NCBI GenBank assembly: GCA_021613535.1
Contig: CP075492.1
Span: forward strand, 5,456,001 to 5,520,000
Direction of reading: 5' to 3'
Source of the DNA: Adineta vaga
Lineage: Eukaryota; Animalia; Rotifera
Length of the DNA: 64,000 nt
Notes under the pieces: model-generated
Seen by the model: only the letters and a program-made list of their open reading frames with translations
Database searches by the model: none
Told to the model about the DNA's origin: nothing
Position numbers and translations under genes: made by a program
Shown here: positions 36,283 through 50,370 of the stretch, in pieces
Layout: each line of letters begins with the position of its first letter
How positions within the stretch are numbered: position 1 is the stretch's first letter

Positions 36283-36582
36283 TTAGTCTGTTCGATTACT
36301 CCAAACGAGCCAAAGAGCATGAATACAGCCAGGTAAAACACCAAGAATAGTAAGAAGACTAAATGGAAAGAAACGATTTTAATAGTTAAATTTATTCTCC
36401 AATGAAAAAACCCAACTTACATATTTAAAAAGAAATGTGATGTACATCCAACTTTTAATAAAGCAGCAACTGGTGGTAAGATAATTGCCAAAATTGACAG
36501 TAAGCTAAAAATAGAAAGTTGAATCAGTAGAATATAAAATTCAATCTTTATAATAAACTTACATATTACCACAAAAGCCCAT
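36283..36582 (-). CDS. Pmp3/UPF0057 (YqaE/RCI2) proteolipid, copy 1; 2 introns
   Basis: ILAIILPPVAALLKVGC...LLTILGVLPGCIHALW. Confidence 0.9.
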
Positions 36583-37659
36583 TTTGAACTTGAAGTGATT
36601 TATTAGACGATTAGAAAATCTTTTATATCTGAAAAAAAAGGACGAGAATATAATTGTCCTTGAAACACAAAAAAAAGATCGAAACTATATTCAAATATAT
36701 GCGACGATGATGACTGCACCAAATGACTATTTTTCTTCTCTTTTCTCATTCTGTCGTTCTTTCTATGTCTATAACCACATTTGGCATTAGATCAAACCCC
36801 TTTGTCCTTATATATATATATATATATATATATGCTTTCGACGAACTGTTTGATTCAATCACAATATTCGTCCATTTATCACATCGAAGTATGTTTCAGT
36901 ATCTAAAGTTAGTTACCTCGTTATGCATTAGAATAACATATTGCAATTGTGTTTCGAAGAGAAAATGACGATTCAAATCGACTGTTTCTTATTAATAAGA
37001 AAATATGGTTATGACTATAAAGGGATAGTTGCAAATGTCACACAGTGAAAAAAGTCTATTCGAAGCGCTCTTTTTCCTCACAGAACAATAAAGCAAATCT
37101 TTTTTTCTCTTTCTTCTTTCGATTAAAAAAAAAGATATCGTAGATGACGTTCTTTGCGTCGTTCATAAGAAATGCGCATGTTCTTTCTACTTTTTATCTG
37201 ACAAAGGTCAACCAGTACGCATTTTGAAGGTATAATAATGATGAATACACAAATCAGCCACTAAAAGATTTTCTTGTAGTTCGAAAAAAGTCTAACTTGA
37301 AAAATGTAGTTGTATGACTAATAACAGTAGTTTTTTTCTTTTTTATTTTGTTATATGCATCGCTAATCTTGATGAATGAATCAGTTCGATAATTAATGAA
37401 TCGGAACGACGAGAAAAAAAACCAAATATCGTCATATTCTTATTCATAGAGCACATTTAATTGTATTATAAAGATAAAGTACTTTCATAGTTGGTAAAAA
37501 AACAATTTTATTTTCATCTTTTAGGCGTAGCTCATATAAATACATATATCCTATGTACTTTTACAACATGCTACTTACCACATTTTTTTCTCTCAATTTG
37601 CTTATTAGTCTAAATCATTTTAGATAAACTAACTCTATTCGCTATTCGTTTCTATCAAT

Positions 37660-37900
37660 ATGGGTGATCTAGTTGGTAATCTTCTTTTATCAATTTTGGC
37701 TATTATTTTGCCACCAGTTGCTGCTATTATCAAAGTAAATAGATACTTTTTTTAATAAATGATTATGTACGTATATATCAAATTTCTTCTAGGTTGGATG
37801 TACAACACACTTTTGGATTAATTTATTATTAACTCTTCTTGGTTGGTTACCTGGTTGTATTCATGCTTTATGGCTTATTTGGGCAGGTACATCGGTCTAA
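37660..37900 (+). CDS. Pmp3/UPF0057 proteolipid, copy 2; 1 intron
   Basis: ILAIILPPVAAIIKVGCTTHFWINLLLTLLGWLPGCIHALW. Confidence 0.92.
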
Positions 37901-38037
37901 TCCTGTACAATTCAATGGAATAAATCATGAACTAAAAAATATTCATTTCTCTGTTATTTGTCACTTTATTATTTCATCTTGAATTCAGCAAAACATTCTT
38001 ATACATTAAAAAATTAAAGAAAAACAAACAAAACTGT

Positions 38038-38640
38038 CTAATAATATTGATCATTATAAGTTAAATTTTGTTGAGGTATTGCAGTTGATACTGCTCGCGG
38101 TAAACCAGGTGGTCGTTGCATTGCTTGTTGAGCTTGTATTTTCCATTGACTATTAAAATTTTGTCCATTTGGTGGAGCCCCTCCACGACGTTTTGTTTCC
38201 ATTCGATATTGTCCAGTGGCTGAATCACGAGTTCGTTCGATAATTTCGCCTTGTTCACCAATAAAATATCCTACTTGCATACGATCAATACCACGATCAG
38301 GATCACGTAAAGCTTTTTTCGTTTGCCAAATACCACCAGGTCCCATACGACGTTCATCTTGAGCTTGTACAATATGTGGTCGACCATCAGGTCCACGAGA
38401 AATTTGTGTAACATTCATCGAACTGATACCGAAAACTTTCACACCAGAATTGCCCGAATCTAAATTTGTAAATGAAGAAATGGCATTTGAATTCGCTCCA
38501 TTTTGTATCATATCACTCATCATTCGATTTGCTAAACCAAGAAATGAACGAAAGATATCTCCGTCATTGCTGTCATTAAAAATAGCTTTATCAACGAATG
38601 TATCGTTGTTTGAGGTATATTGTTGAATTGGATACGACAT
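38038..38640 (-). CDS. Myeloid leukemia factor-like protein, intronless
   Basis: GPDGRPHIVQ, GPGGIWQTKKALRDPDRGIDRMQVGYFIGEQGEIIERTRD fit the MLF domain. Confidence 0.8.
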   Translation of the reverse strand: MSYPIQQYTSNNDTFVDKAIFNDSNDGDIFRSFLGLANRMMSDMIQNGANSNAISSFTNLDSGNSGVKVFGISSMNVTQISRGPDGRPHIVQAQDERRMGPGGIWQTKKALRDPDRGIDRMQVGYFIGEQGEIIERTRDSATGQYRMETKRRGGAPPNGQNFNSQWKIQAQQAMQRPPGLPRAVSTAIPQQNLTYNDQYY

Positions 38641-39489
38641 TTTGAATTTTATAATACAAAATAATTTATTATTCGACGTTTGTATTCGTATTTATACGGA
38701 CCTTCGTTACGACGAAGCAAAGGATGTTTATTACTTAAATCTTTTGATGAATCAAGAATAATCGAAAGTGATTGATGATACTATTTTTTCGTATGGTTAC
38801 ACTTGAATGATTTCCATCGTGCTTTGTTGTTTTATTTTTGACGTATTTATTTCGTATTTATTGTTAAAAACGATACATATAATAGGTGAGGTGAAGGACA
38901 GAATAGAAAAGGAAGATTTTGCGCAGAACAAAAACAATACTTAAATTAATTTTTGGAAATCTTTCGAAACTCTAATTTGATTATTCAATGTCATTATCAT
39001 TGCTTTTGAATATATATTTTCTATCTCGTACGTGCAAATGAATTACAACAAACAAACAGCAGAATGACAAATGTTGATCTCATCATTTTCTTGTAAATTT
39101 CATAGCATTGATCGTTTATAATCATCCACAACTTAAAATGTACTGTGTAAAATACCTCATGTCTAAATTCTCCTTCACCCTTTCCCTTTGACATATGCAT
39201 GAAGAGAAAAAAAATGATGCATCGTTCATCTGGAACTAACACTGGTGACGCATCGACAAGTCTACCGCTCTTCATCATTTTTTTTCCTTTTCTATCGCGC
39301 GAGAACGGACGGATGAAATAATCCACGTTCGTCGTTTTTTTTCTTTCTTTTCTTTGCTACTCGTAACATCGCAGCATACACACACACACACGATACGCAC
39401 ATTTATAGACAGAAGAAGAAAAAGAAGAAAAAGGACGACGATAGAGGCACTACTAGTAAACAAAGTGTCAATTGATTTGAAAAAAAAAC

Positions 39490-42444
39490 ATGGTAACATA
39501 AGTAAATGTAATAATTTCAATTCTATTCAATTCTTTTAGCTTGTTCCGGATCGTAATCCATCAACACCCGTTTCATCTAATAGTACCAAAAAACGTTCGA
39601 CATTACCCAAACAACGGAAGTAAACATATGTCGCTTTTATTCCATGGAAAAACGAAGAATATTTCCATTCTAGATCAAAGAAAGTTCGTAGTGATTTTGA
39701 TGAAAATGAATTATCTAAAGATGGTGACAATTCTTTATCTCAATCAATTTTTGAAGAATCAACTTCATCGAAAAATCGTATATTTATATTCCGTATTTAT
39801 TCGACATCGATTCATTATTTTTTGTTCTTATAGAATTAATTGGACAGAAAATAACCGATTCTCAAATACCACGTGGAGCAATTCTTACAGATTTAAATGA
39901 GGAAGGTGAAGAAAATCTTGATGATCAACAAATTCAAGGTGATTCTTTTCAAATTAAAAAATTCAATGAACCTGAAGCTTGTGAACAAACACATCATATT
40001 ATTATTCCAAGTTATTCAGCTTGGTTCGATTATAATGCAATAAATGCTATTGAAAAACGTGCATTAATCGAATTTTTCAATGGAAAAAATCGATCAAAAA
40101 CACCAGAAATGTATATTTTAACTAGATTTTCTTGTATTTTTATTTGAGTCAAATCGTTTCTACTTATTATAGTTATATGGCATATAGAAATTTTATGATT
40201 GATACCTATCGTTTAAATCCAAATGAATATTTATCAATTACAGCATGTCGAAGAAATCTAGCTGGTGACGTTTGTGCTATCATGCGAATTCATGCATTTT
40301 TAGAGCAATGGGGTTTGATTAATTATCAAAATGATGCAGATCTTCGTCCAACACCAATGGGACCACCGTCAACATCACATTTTTCACTTCTTGGAGATAC
40401 AGCTTCAGGTTTAGCGGCAACCAAAGTAGGTGGAGAACTCGTGAATTTTTCAATGATTTTAATATTTATTTGAAATTTGAATAGAATAATTCAGCTAGTA
40501 AACAAATAGCAGATTTAAAACAAGAAGCAAAACGAGAAGAACGTGATGTAGAAAGTACATTAGGTTTAAGAACAGATCAATATAATAAAAAACTAAATTT
40601 AGTAAGTTAAAATTTCAAAAGATAAGATTCCTAATTCATGATGTATTTCTTCTTCTTCGCAGAATACTAAAATAAAAGCAAAAGATTGGTCGGATCAAGA
40701 AATCCTTCTATTACTTGAAGGTTGGTTATCTTTCACTGATCTTTTTGATTATTTCAATTTAATTTCAAATAGGTTTGGAAATGTATAAAGATGATTGGAA
40801 TAAAGTTTGTGAACATGTTGGTACTCGTACACAAGATGAATGTATTTTAAAATTTCTACAATTACCTATTGAAGATCCATATTTGGAAGGAAATGGTAGT
40901 GCATCAGGTCCACTTGCTTATCCAACCATACCATTTAGTCAAAGTGGTAATCCAGTTATGTCAACTGTTGCTTTTCTTGCTTCAGTTGTTGATCCACGTG
41001 TTGCAAGTGCTGCAGCCAAAGCTGCTCTAGAAGAATTTTCCAAAACGCATGAAACGGTTTCTTCAACAGTCGATGATACAACTAATGAAAATAATATGAC
41101 TGAATTGAATAGTAATGATACAGAAGATTCATCGAAAATAAAACAAGAAAAAGTCGATGTAAATGATACAGAAGAAAATAAAAAAATGGAAGTGAATGAA
41201 AATGAAGAAACGCAACCACTCAATAATGATGAATCAACAACAACAACAACTGCACCATCATCATCAACTATTCCAAAACCTACAACAAATATTGATCAAC
41301 AAGATCCACGCAAATTATTAGCAGCAGAAATTAATGAAAAAGATATTAAAGCAGCAGCAGCAAGTGCATTAGCAGCAGCATCAGTGAAAGCTAAAGTATG
41401 TTTGTAAAATTTAGAAAAAAAAAACTGAATTTCACAATAATTGTTTTCATTATTTCTTTTCTAAATCTTAGTATATAGCCTCAATCGAAGAACGAAAGAT
41501 TAAATCTCTAGTAGCACAAGTTGTTGAAATGCAAATAAAAAAACTTGAAATAAAATTAAAACATTTTGAAGAACTTGAATCAATTATGGATCGTGAGCGT
41601 GAAATGATTGAACTTCAACGACAACAATTATTACAGGAACGACAACAATATCAGTTTGAAAGTATCAAAGCATCTGAATATAAACATCGACAAACTTTAG
41701 AAACTTTTAATGATAAATCATCGCCTTTACCACCATCATCCAATGTTACAAATGGCAATGATAATCATATGCAAAGCGAAGAATCTATGGAATCACAACA
41801 AAGTGATGGTAGGAAATGTCTTCTAGTTCAATTTCTCATTCAATTTGATTTCTTTCTTTTTCAGGTTCACCTGCACATATGTTGTTGAGAAATGAAGGTA
41901 ATTTTTGAATCTCCTTTGCTCGCTCTATTCATGCTTTTCTTTCTCTTGGTGAAATTGCATGTTAGAAATTTAGTTTAAACACCAATTGACATATATAATG
42001 TGCTCTCTCGCTGATCAGGATATATATACAAACGAACATACAACTCTATGCTCTTAAAAACCAACATTCATTAGAGTTTAATCTAATGCTTATTTATAAT
42101 ATCTATATCTCTTTCATTTCTTTTGTCTTTCCATTGATGTTATGTTGGTTTTCTCTTCGTTTTTTATTCTGATGTTATCTGATTGGAATAAATAATACGT
42201 GAGCGAGAGAGCCCATTTATATATGTATTTTCTTATTTATCTGATATCAACAAATGTTACTATCTTCTTTTTCTTTTTTTCTTTGATGATTTTTTTTCTT
42301 TTTCCATTTTCAGGCAGTACACTAGACACATCATCTCATCCAAATGAAAAAATACCTCTCGAAGGTGCCGGTGAAAATGGTGATGATTCCAATAATCTCT
42401 CTTCACTTACAGAAAATGATACGATCAATAATAATAATTATTAA
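39490..42444 (+). CDS. SMARCC: SWI/SNF subunit SMARCC (BAF155/170, Moira)-like; multi-exon
   Basis: SWIRM ([17 protein letters not shown]...[15 protein letters not shown]), SANT ([28 protein letters not shown]), [18 protein letters not shown], and leucine zipper ([14 protein letters not shown]). Confidence 0.95.
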
Positions 42445-42705
42445 ACAAACGTTTTTTCATTGTATGATAAGTTCTTTCTCTTTCTCTCTCTCTTCAATAT
42501 CTTCTCGTTCCTTTTTTTTCAAACGGAAAACAAATGTTTCAAACTCATTCGAATGATCTATGTGTTTTTGTTCTGTTGGAATTTCATATCCTTCTCTTTT
42601 TCGTCTTTTACATTTGCTCTTTACCAATAACTTACACAAAAACATACGGAATGTCTCGAAAATCAACAAAATAATTCGATGTATTTTTGCTAGAATTAAA
42701 ACTAA

Positions 42706-43228
<523 letters not shown>

Positions 43229-43427
43229 CCGAAATATCTTTCAATATTTTCTCGAACAGTATATTTATATATATATCAGTGAGAACTTTCCACTAAAATG
43301 TATTTATTTATTAATCAGTTATTTTTCTTCTTGAAGACAGATCATGACTTTTAATCTTGCAATATATTTTAGCTTATTTTTCGCTTCGAAATAATGAAAG
43401 AATATTATAGCATAGAGACAACATCGA

Positions 43428-43808
43428 CGAATACATTCTAATACTGTTTTATTCTAATAAAATACTAATAATAAATTACAGATAAGTGATACGACAGAAA
43501 TAACTGTTACACTAATTATGCCATTTTGATATTAATCGAAAATTTTGTTGAACTAGATCTTGTCAAGCACCTCTCATGAAGACCGTATACAATCGTGAAC
43601 AAATACTGCAAATATTGATAAGTTCGAAATAGAGTTTCATTTTCAAAATGATAAGCGAAATGAAAAGAACGGATCAATATAATAAAACAAAAATTATTCA
43701 ATAAGTTAAAATCTCAAGATAAACTACGAATATATTCTAACACTGTTGTATTCTAATAAAATGCTAATAAAAAACTAAAGATAAGTGATATGACAGAAAT
43801 AGTTGTTG
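43428..43808. repeat. Diverged ~80-bp direct repeat (about 43428-43508 and 43727-43808) covering the 3' end of the neighbouring gene
   Basis: ATTCTAATACTGTTTTATTCTAATAAAATACTAATAA...GATAAGTGATACGACAGAAATA versus ATTCTAACACTGTTGTATTCTAATAAAATGCTAATAA...GATAAGTGATATGACAGAAATA. Confidence 0.7.
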
Positions 43809-44217
43809 TCGTTGTCATTGTTGCTGATGATATAACCAATGATGCTTTATCTTCAAGACATGAACCTGAAACACAACGAAGTCTTGTTGCACACACAACA
43901 CCATCTTGATGTTGACATTTTAAATCGGCAACATGATTTTTTCCATTCCACAAGCCTTTACAACGATTTTTATTAAGAAATAAATCTAATCGATTATTTC
44001 CTGATGTACCAACACCAACTTGTGTTGCACCATATCGAACAGCAAATGATGATTTTTGTTGATCTAATATCAACGGTCCATTTGGTTCACATTTTTCTGT
44101 TGGCGATGTACAATCACATGCATCAATCACATAGATTCCATTGAGATTTTCACTTGAGATTTGTGAGATGATTGTTAAAGTTATAAGAAGAAGGAAGATG
44201 ACAGTGGATTGTACCAT
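43753..44217 (-). CDS. Small Cys-rich secreted, probably GPI-anchored protein of unknown family
   Basis: Signal peptide from MVQSTVIFLLL; 8 Cys; Thr-rich spacer and hydrophobic C-terminus. Confidence 0.75.
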   Translation of the reverse strand: MVQSTVIFLLLITLTIISQISSENLNGIYVIDACDCTSPTEKCEPNGPLILDQQKSSFAVRYGATQVGVGTSGNNRLDLFLNKNRCKGLWNGKNHVADLKCQHQDGVVCATRLRCVSGSCLEDKASLVISSATMTTTTTISVISLIFSFLLAFY

Positions 44218-44791
44218 TTTGTTCAAGAATAAGAGAGAAACAAGGAAATTTATACATGAACATAAAGATGTAATTGATATTTTAAACCGATGGATTCGGT
44301 ATGCAATTGATTGATTGAATAAGAGAAGATTAGAATCTACACAAAGAAGAATTAAATTACAGTTTGTTGATAAACATTGAACATACGTAATCATATTTGA
44401 ATACTGAGAAAAGAAAAACGATGAATTAATTATAAACTGATGACATAGCATATGAATAATATTTCGTTCTCCAAGAGATTTATACCTTTCAGCTAATTAT
44501 CATTTATCTTAAGAAAAGAAATCAAAACAGAAGATGAGTGTGACATTATGTGATCATTCATTGTCTCCAATAGGTTAAAATAACAAAGTGCACTATAGTT
44601 CATAGATCGAAAATGACCTAGATGGATAGAAGTGCACGCATTCAGCGCATGATCATATTATATGGACATATAAAAAGTTAACTACATATATATATGTATT
44701 AGTTCTGTGTTGTGGTCGACTGGTCACGTTGAAATTAATTCTTATTCTTTTTTGACTTCTTCCTTCACCACTGCAAAACAAAAGTAGAACA

Positions 44792-46489
44792 ATGGCAAAT
44801 ACCACCATTTTAACTATCGCAAATTCGATTCGTCACGATACTGGTGATAATGCCTGGATGATGACATCGACAGCATTAGTTCTATTGATGACACCAGCAT
44901 TAGCTTTTTTCTACGGCGGTCTTGTTGATCGAAAGAATATTTTAAATCAATTATTTCTCTCATTTATTTGTATGGGTATTGTATTTGTACAATGGGTATT
45001 ATTTGGTTTTTCATTCGCTTTTGGTCCACCTGTTAGTCCTGGTTTTGGTTCATTTGGTTGGTCCGTATTACGATTTTCTGAAGCTGATAATGCTATTTAT
45101 AGTCCAACATATCCACTATTAACATTTGCTATTTATCAAGGTACATTTGCTATTATTACACCAGCATTAATTTCAGGTGCAATCGTTGGTCGAATGAAAC
45201 TTATTCCGTATATGATATTTATTTTTCTTTGGTCAACACTGTGTTACGATCCAATGGCACATTGGGTATGGGGTAGCAATGGATGGTTGAAACATTTAGG
45301 TACACTTGATTTTGCTGGTGGTACTGTTGTACACATTCTTTCGGGTGTTTCTGGCCTTGTTGCTGCAGTAATACTCGGTAAAAGATCTGATTATGATCCA
45401 TTAAGTACAACAGCGCATAATCTTCCATTCACCATTTTGGGCACTGGTCTTCTCTGGATAGGATGGTGTGGCTTTAATGCTGGTTCTGCTAATTCAGCTA
45501 GGTATGCGTGATACAATACAAACTCAATATATTAAATTGGTCGATTCTATTTTATTCTAGTGGTTTAGCTTCTCTTGCATTAGTTAATACGAATGCAGCT
45601 GCAGCTGCTGGTCTTCTTACATGGGTAGTCATTGATGCTATTCGTGGTCATGTATCAATATCAGGTGCTTGTGTTGGTCCTATTGTTGGTCTTGTTGCTG
45701 TAACACCAGCATGTGGTTTTATTCAACCAGGATGGGCATTATTTTTTGGTATATTTGCAACTTGTATCATTTATGGTCTTCTTCTTATCAAAAAATACAT
45801 ACACTTAGATGATACATTAGATGTAGCTATTGTTCATGGTGGAGGTACGAAGAAAACCGATTTTATTTTCTATCTGAATGAAATCTTCTATTTATTTATT
45901 TGTTTAGGTGGCATCTTGGGTGCATTCATGACAGGATTATTTTCCCAACAAGTAATGAATCCATCAGGTGGTTTTGATGGTGCTTTTTATGGTCGACCTA
46001 TTCAATTATGGTATCAAATTGTTGGTATACTTACTGCAATCGGTAAGTCAATAATTTTTTTTCTAGTGAAAACCTCACCATTGTATTGTTATTTAGCCTT
46101 CGCTGCTGTATGTACGGCTGGAATTCTCTATCCATTGGACTGGCTCATTGGTATTCGTTTAGCAAAAGAAGATGAACTTGAAGGACTTGATCTAGCCGGT
46201 ATGTTTAAATTTACTCATTATTAAATGACGAAAAGAATAATATTTTTTCTTTTTCTTCTTAGCTCATGGTGAAGGGTGGGAAGTTGTTGCATCACGTGCT
46301 GTGAGTGATTTAGTAAAGAAAGTATTAGTCAATCAGCATACAACACGAGATGAAATTCAAGAAAACGGTACTTTCGAATTACATTACACTCCTTCTGATC
46401 CAAGCAGACAATCATTTAAAGTGAATATTCCTAAACCACAGACGACATCAGATGATCTAGTTACTTCTTCAACAATCAACAATCCGTAA
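44792..46489 (+). CDS. amt: Ammonium transporter (AmtB/Amt2-Mep type), copy 1; 4 introns
   Basis: GDNAWMMTSTALVLLMTPALAFFYGG, DFAGGTVVH, HNLP...GFNAGSA, DDTLDVAIVHG; twin His and Phe gate retained. Confidence 0.96.
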
Positions 46490-46852
46490 GCATTGATAAA
46501 CAATTTAATATTCAATCTTTTCTATTTCTGTTATCTTATTAAATGACTAGAATTAATAAAATTATACATATCTTATTGAAAAATAATATATAGAAATAAA
46601 AATGAAACTTTTCTCGTGTTCACGTTATCATTATACACGATAAATGAATCTTTGATAAAGGTCATACACATATAGATGCATAATATGTACACGCGTTGAG
46701 CGACTGATAATTTCTGTGAGTTTAGATGAACTCTGAACAGAACAAAAGAATAAGAGAGTAAGAATATATTTTACCTTTTTATCATCTATTTAATCACTAT
46801 CATTCAAAGTCAGTCACTTCATTTTTCGATTTGAAAGAGAATAGATATACAA

Positions 46853-48483
46853 ATGAATTTAACGAAGACTACTACCCATGATACTGGTGATAATGCCTGG
46901 ATGATGACATCGACAGCATTAGTTCTATTGATGACACCAGCATTAGCTTTTTTCTATGGTGGTCTTGTTGATCGAAAGAATATTTTAAATCAATTATTTC
47001 TCTCATTTATTTGTATGGGAATCGTAATTGTTCAATGGGTATTATTTGGTTTTTCGTTTGCGTTTGGTCCTGGAATAAAGATTGGACTTGGATCATTCGA
47101 ATGGTTTGCATTACAATTTGGTGAATCAGATAATGTAGTCTACAGTCCAACATATCCACTATTAACATTTGCAATGTATCAAGCGACATTTGCCATCATT
47201 ACACCAGCTCTGATCTCAGGTGCAATTGTTGGTCGTATGAAACTCATTCCCTATATGTTATTTATTTTTATTTGGTCAACTATTTGTTACGATCCAATGG
47301 CTCGTTGGGTATGGAGTAGTAATGGATGGTTGAAACATTTAGGTACACTTGATTTTGCTGGTGGTACTGTTGTACATGTCCTATCAGGTGTTTCTGGTCT
47401 GGTTGCATCCATTATTCTTGGTAAACGTGCTGATTTCGATCCACGAAGTACTGCTGCTCATAATCTTCCGTTCACAATTTTGGGCACGGGACTTCTCTGG
47501 GTCGGATGGTCTGGTTTCAATGCTGGTTCAGCTAATTCAGCCGAGTATGTTTGTAGTTCGAGATGAAAATCTCTAATAATTATTTGTCCACTTCTTTTAG
47601 TGGTCTAGCTGCTTTAGCATTACTCAATACAAATGCAGCTGCAGCTGCTGGTCTTCTTACATGGGTAGTCATTGATGCTATTCGTGGTCATGTATCAATA
47701 TCAGGTGCTTGTGTTGGTCCTATTGTTGGTCTTGTTGCAGTAACACCAGCATGTGGTTTTATTCAACCAGGATGGGCACTACTATTTGGCGTGACTGCTA
47801 CATGTATTATTTATTCTCTTCTATTATTGAAGCATTACATGCGTTTTGATGACACGTTAGATGTAGCTGTTGTGCACGGTGGAGGTATGATCATTAAATA
47901 ATTGCTGTATATATATATATAGAGTTCGTTTTGTTTTGCTTAGGTGGTATTTTGGGTGCATTTATGACAGGATTATTTTCTCAACAGAAAGTTAATCCAT
48001 CGAATGCTTTTGATGGCGCATTTTATGGTCGACCTATTCAATTATGGTATCAAATTGTTGGTATACTTACTGCAATTGGTAAGAACATCAGTCTTCAATT
48101 CACAAAGTTAATGATAACAAATCTATCTTTAGTTTTTGCTGCTGTATGCACTGCTGGAATTCTTTATCCATTGGATTGGATCATTGGTATTCGTCTAGCA
48201 AAAGAAGATGAACTTGAAGGACTTGACTTAACAGGTGGGTGAAGGTTTTACTTCCAAAAAGAATCTATTGCTTTTGTTCGATTTAGCACATGGTGAATGT
48301 TGGGAAGTGGCAGCATCACGTGCTGTTGGTGATTTAGTCAAGCAGATTCTCGACGAACAAGATGTAAACAAAGAAAAGTTGGAAGATAATGGTTCTTTTG
48401 AACTCCATTATACGCCATCGGATGTGAATCGTAAATCATATACAGTTCCTGTAACAACACGACAAACAACGATTGAATGCTAA
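46853..48483 (+). CDS. amt: Ammonium transporter (AmtB/Amt2-Mep type), copy 2; 4 introns
   Basis: Same motifs and same intron positions as copy 1; tandem duplicate. Confidence 0.96.
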
Positions 48484-49619
48484 ACTGAAGATCGACTTTG
48501 GAAATAATAAATCATGTGTTAGACTTTCTCTTTATTCGATTTAGTTTTATATGTCATTGTTGTTTGTTCTTCTGATTGCATTATATAAGAAAAAAAAATT
48601 AGAATTGATGATTTCAATTCGAGATAAAAGTTTTTTTTATGACTATGTAGTTCTAAACATTTATAAATTGTAGAAATTTTTATATACAATATCTGTTGAG
48701 ATACGATACCATTTTTGAAAACGAATGTGTCATTGCAATGGATGCAGTTCAGTATAATTTTAAATAATATGCGAGATATAGTCGCTCATAACTATAGTTC
48801 GCCTACTGTTTTTCGTCATTCCGTAGATTCGGCAGAAACTATTCCAAACATGTTCAACAAGAGTTAGTTCATTTATAAGTTTTCAATTCTAGACATATTA
48901 TTATATAAAGCAAGAACTAATGTTGACTAGAAGTTTTTCATTGTCTACGTTAAAGTGTCTCGTGTATGATGATGTTAGGCAGTATAGATAATCCTATCTT
49001 GTACTGTAGATATTAAAGAATCCGACATTTAATTTACAATTAAATGTAATACTTTCTTAAACATGTGTTTTGTAGTACTTGTCGTTTCCACTAATTTGTT
49101 ATTCATACAACGAAGAGAATAACTTGACATAATTAATAACATTATGTAATCAATATTTTATTTTGATCATCTGATAATCACACAAAAGAAACGCTTTTCG
49201 AAATCTCTAACATAGTATATATCAATATCTATGCGTACTATAAATAGTTTTACGAAGTACTAATTCGACGGAAAGATAGAGTAACTATGAACTTACAAGG
49301 CTGACAGTGACAACTATCAAAACATCAGTATATTATTTAATAACTTTTTTTATTATTAGCATGTCGGCAAAATATGATAGCCAATTAAAACCTTTTTCTT
49401 TGTTTCATTGTTCATCACATAATATAAATAGTCTTTTTCATTTTACTCCATGTCTTCAACAGAAGTAACTAACATATTAAAAGAAAAAGATGAGGTGAAG
49501 CAATGACCTATAACTATAAATGAAAATTGATCATTATAATGCATGTAATATACTTTTTTGTAGAATGTACCACCACCCAAATCAATTGAAGACAAGTTCA
49601 TCAAATTACAAAATCAAAT

Positions 49620-49836
49620 CGATGAATCCGATAGGATCCTATCGGATTCCTGGTGACGGATCTATATTGGATTCCGTCAGTAAAATTTCCTTCGGAAGCT
49701 GCAAATTTTATGAGCAGTCTTAGGGCCACCTGTCAGATCCGTTTTTCGGAAACTATAGGATCCGCAACCGACAGAACCCGAAATGATTCCATCACCGAAA
49801 ATCCGATAGAATATTGTCGGATTGGTCGATCTGGGA
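49620..49836. mobile_element. Palindrome-rich MITE-like remnant
   Basis: Perfect palindrome AATCCGATAGGATCCTATCGGATT at about 49625-49648, a degenerate repeat at about 49800-49823, repeated ATCCG/CGGAT motifs, and a terminal CTGGG. Confidence 0.55.
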
Positions 49837-50370
49837 GAGAAAAACGAATACTTTAAGAAACAAATCGAAAATCACGACAAGAACATACTGAAATTAAATT
49901 TATCAAAATCGCCAAAACAAAAGATGGAAAACGACGAAAATCAACCAAATTAACTATAAGAAATATTTACAATTAGATATATTATTTTTTTTGTACTTAT
50001 GATAATTAATTGCTCAATGTGTTTTTTTCTTATGTAGAATAAATATGTGTTCTATTCTCTTGTCCACTACGACATACGACATTGATTTTGATTGCGTGTA
50101 TGTAAGATAGAAAAAGATGATGACAAAATGATACATGGTCATTCGTATCCACCTTTTTCTTCGAGGTCTATATGCATCAGGTAATTCTGATCGATTTCTA
50201 TTTCATACTATGCGTGTCCATTCATTATACATCTTGACAAAATCAAATGATAATCTCCACATATAAATATCTCTAATCGATTCAATAATGTTTATATGTG
50301 TAACATATGCTGAACAAAGATTTGCAATAACATATTGCAAAAACGTTTTTTTTTTATTTTTTTCATTTTG

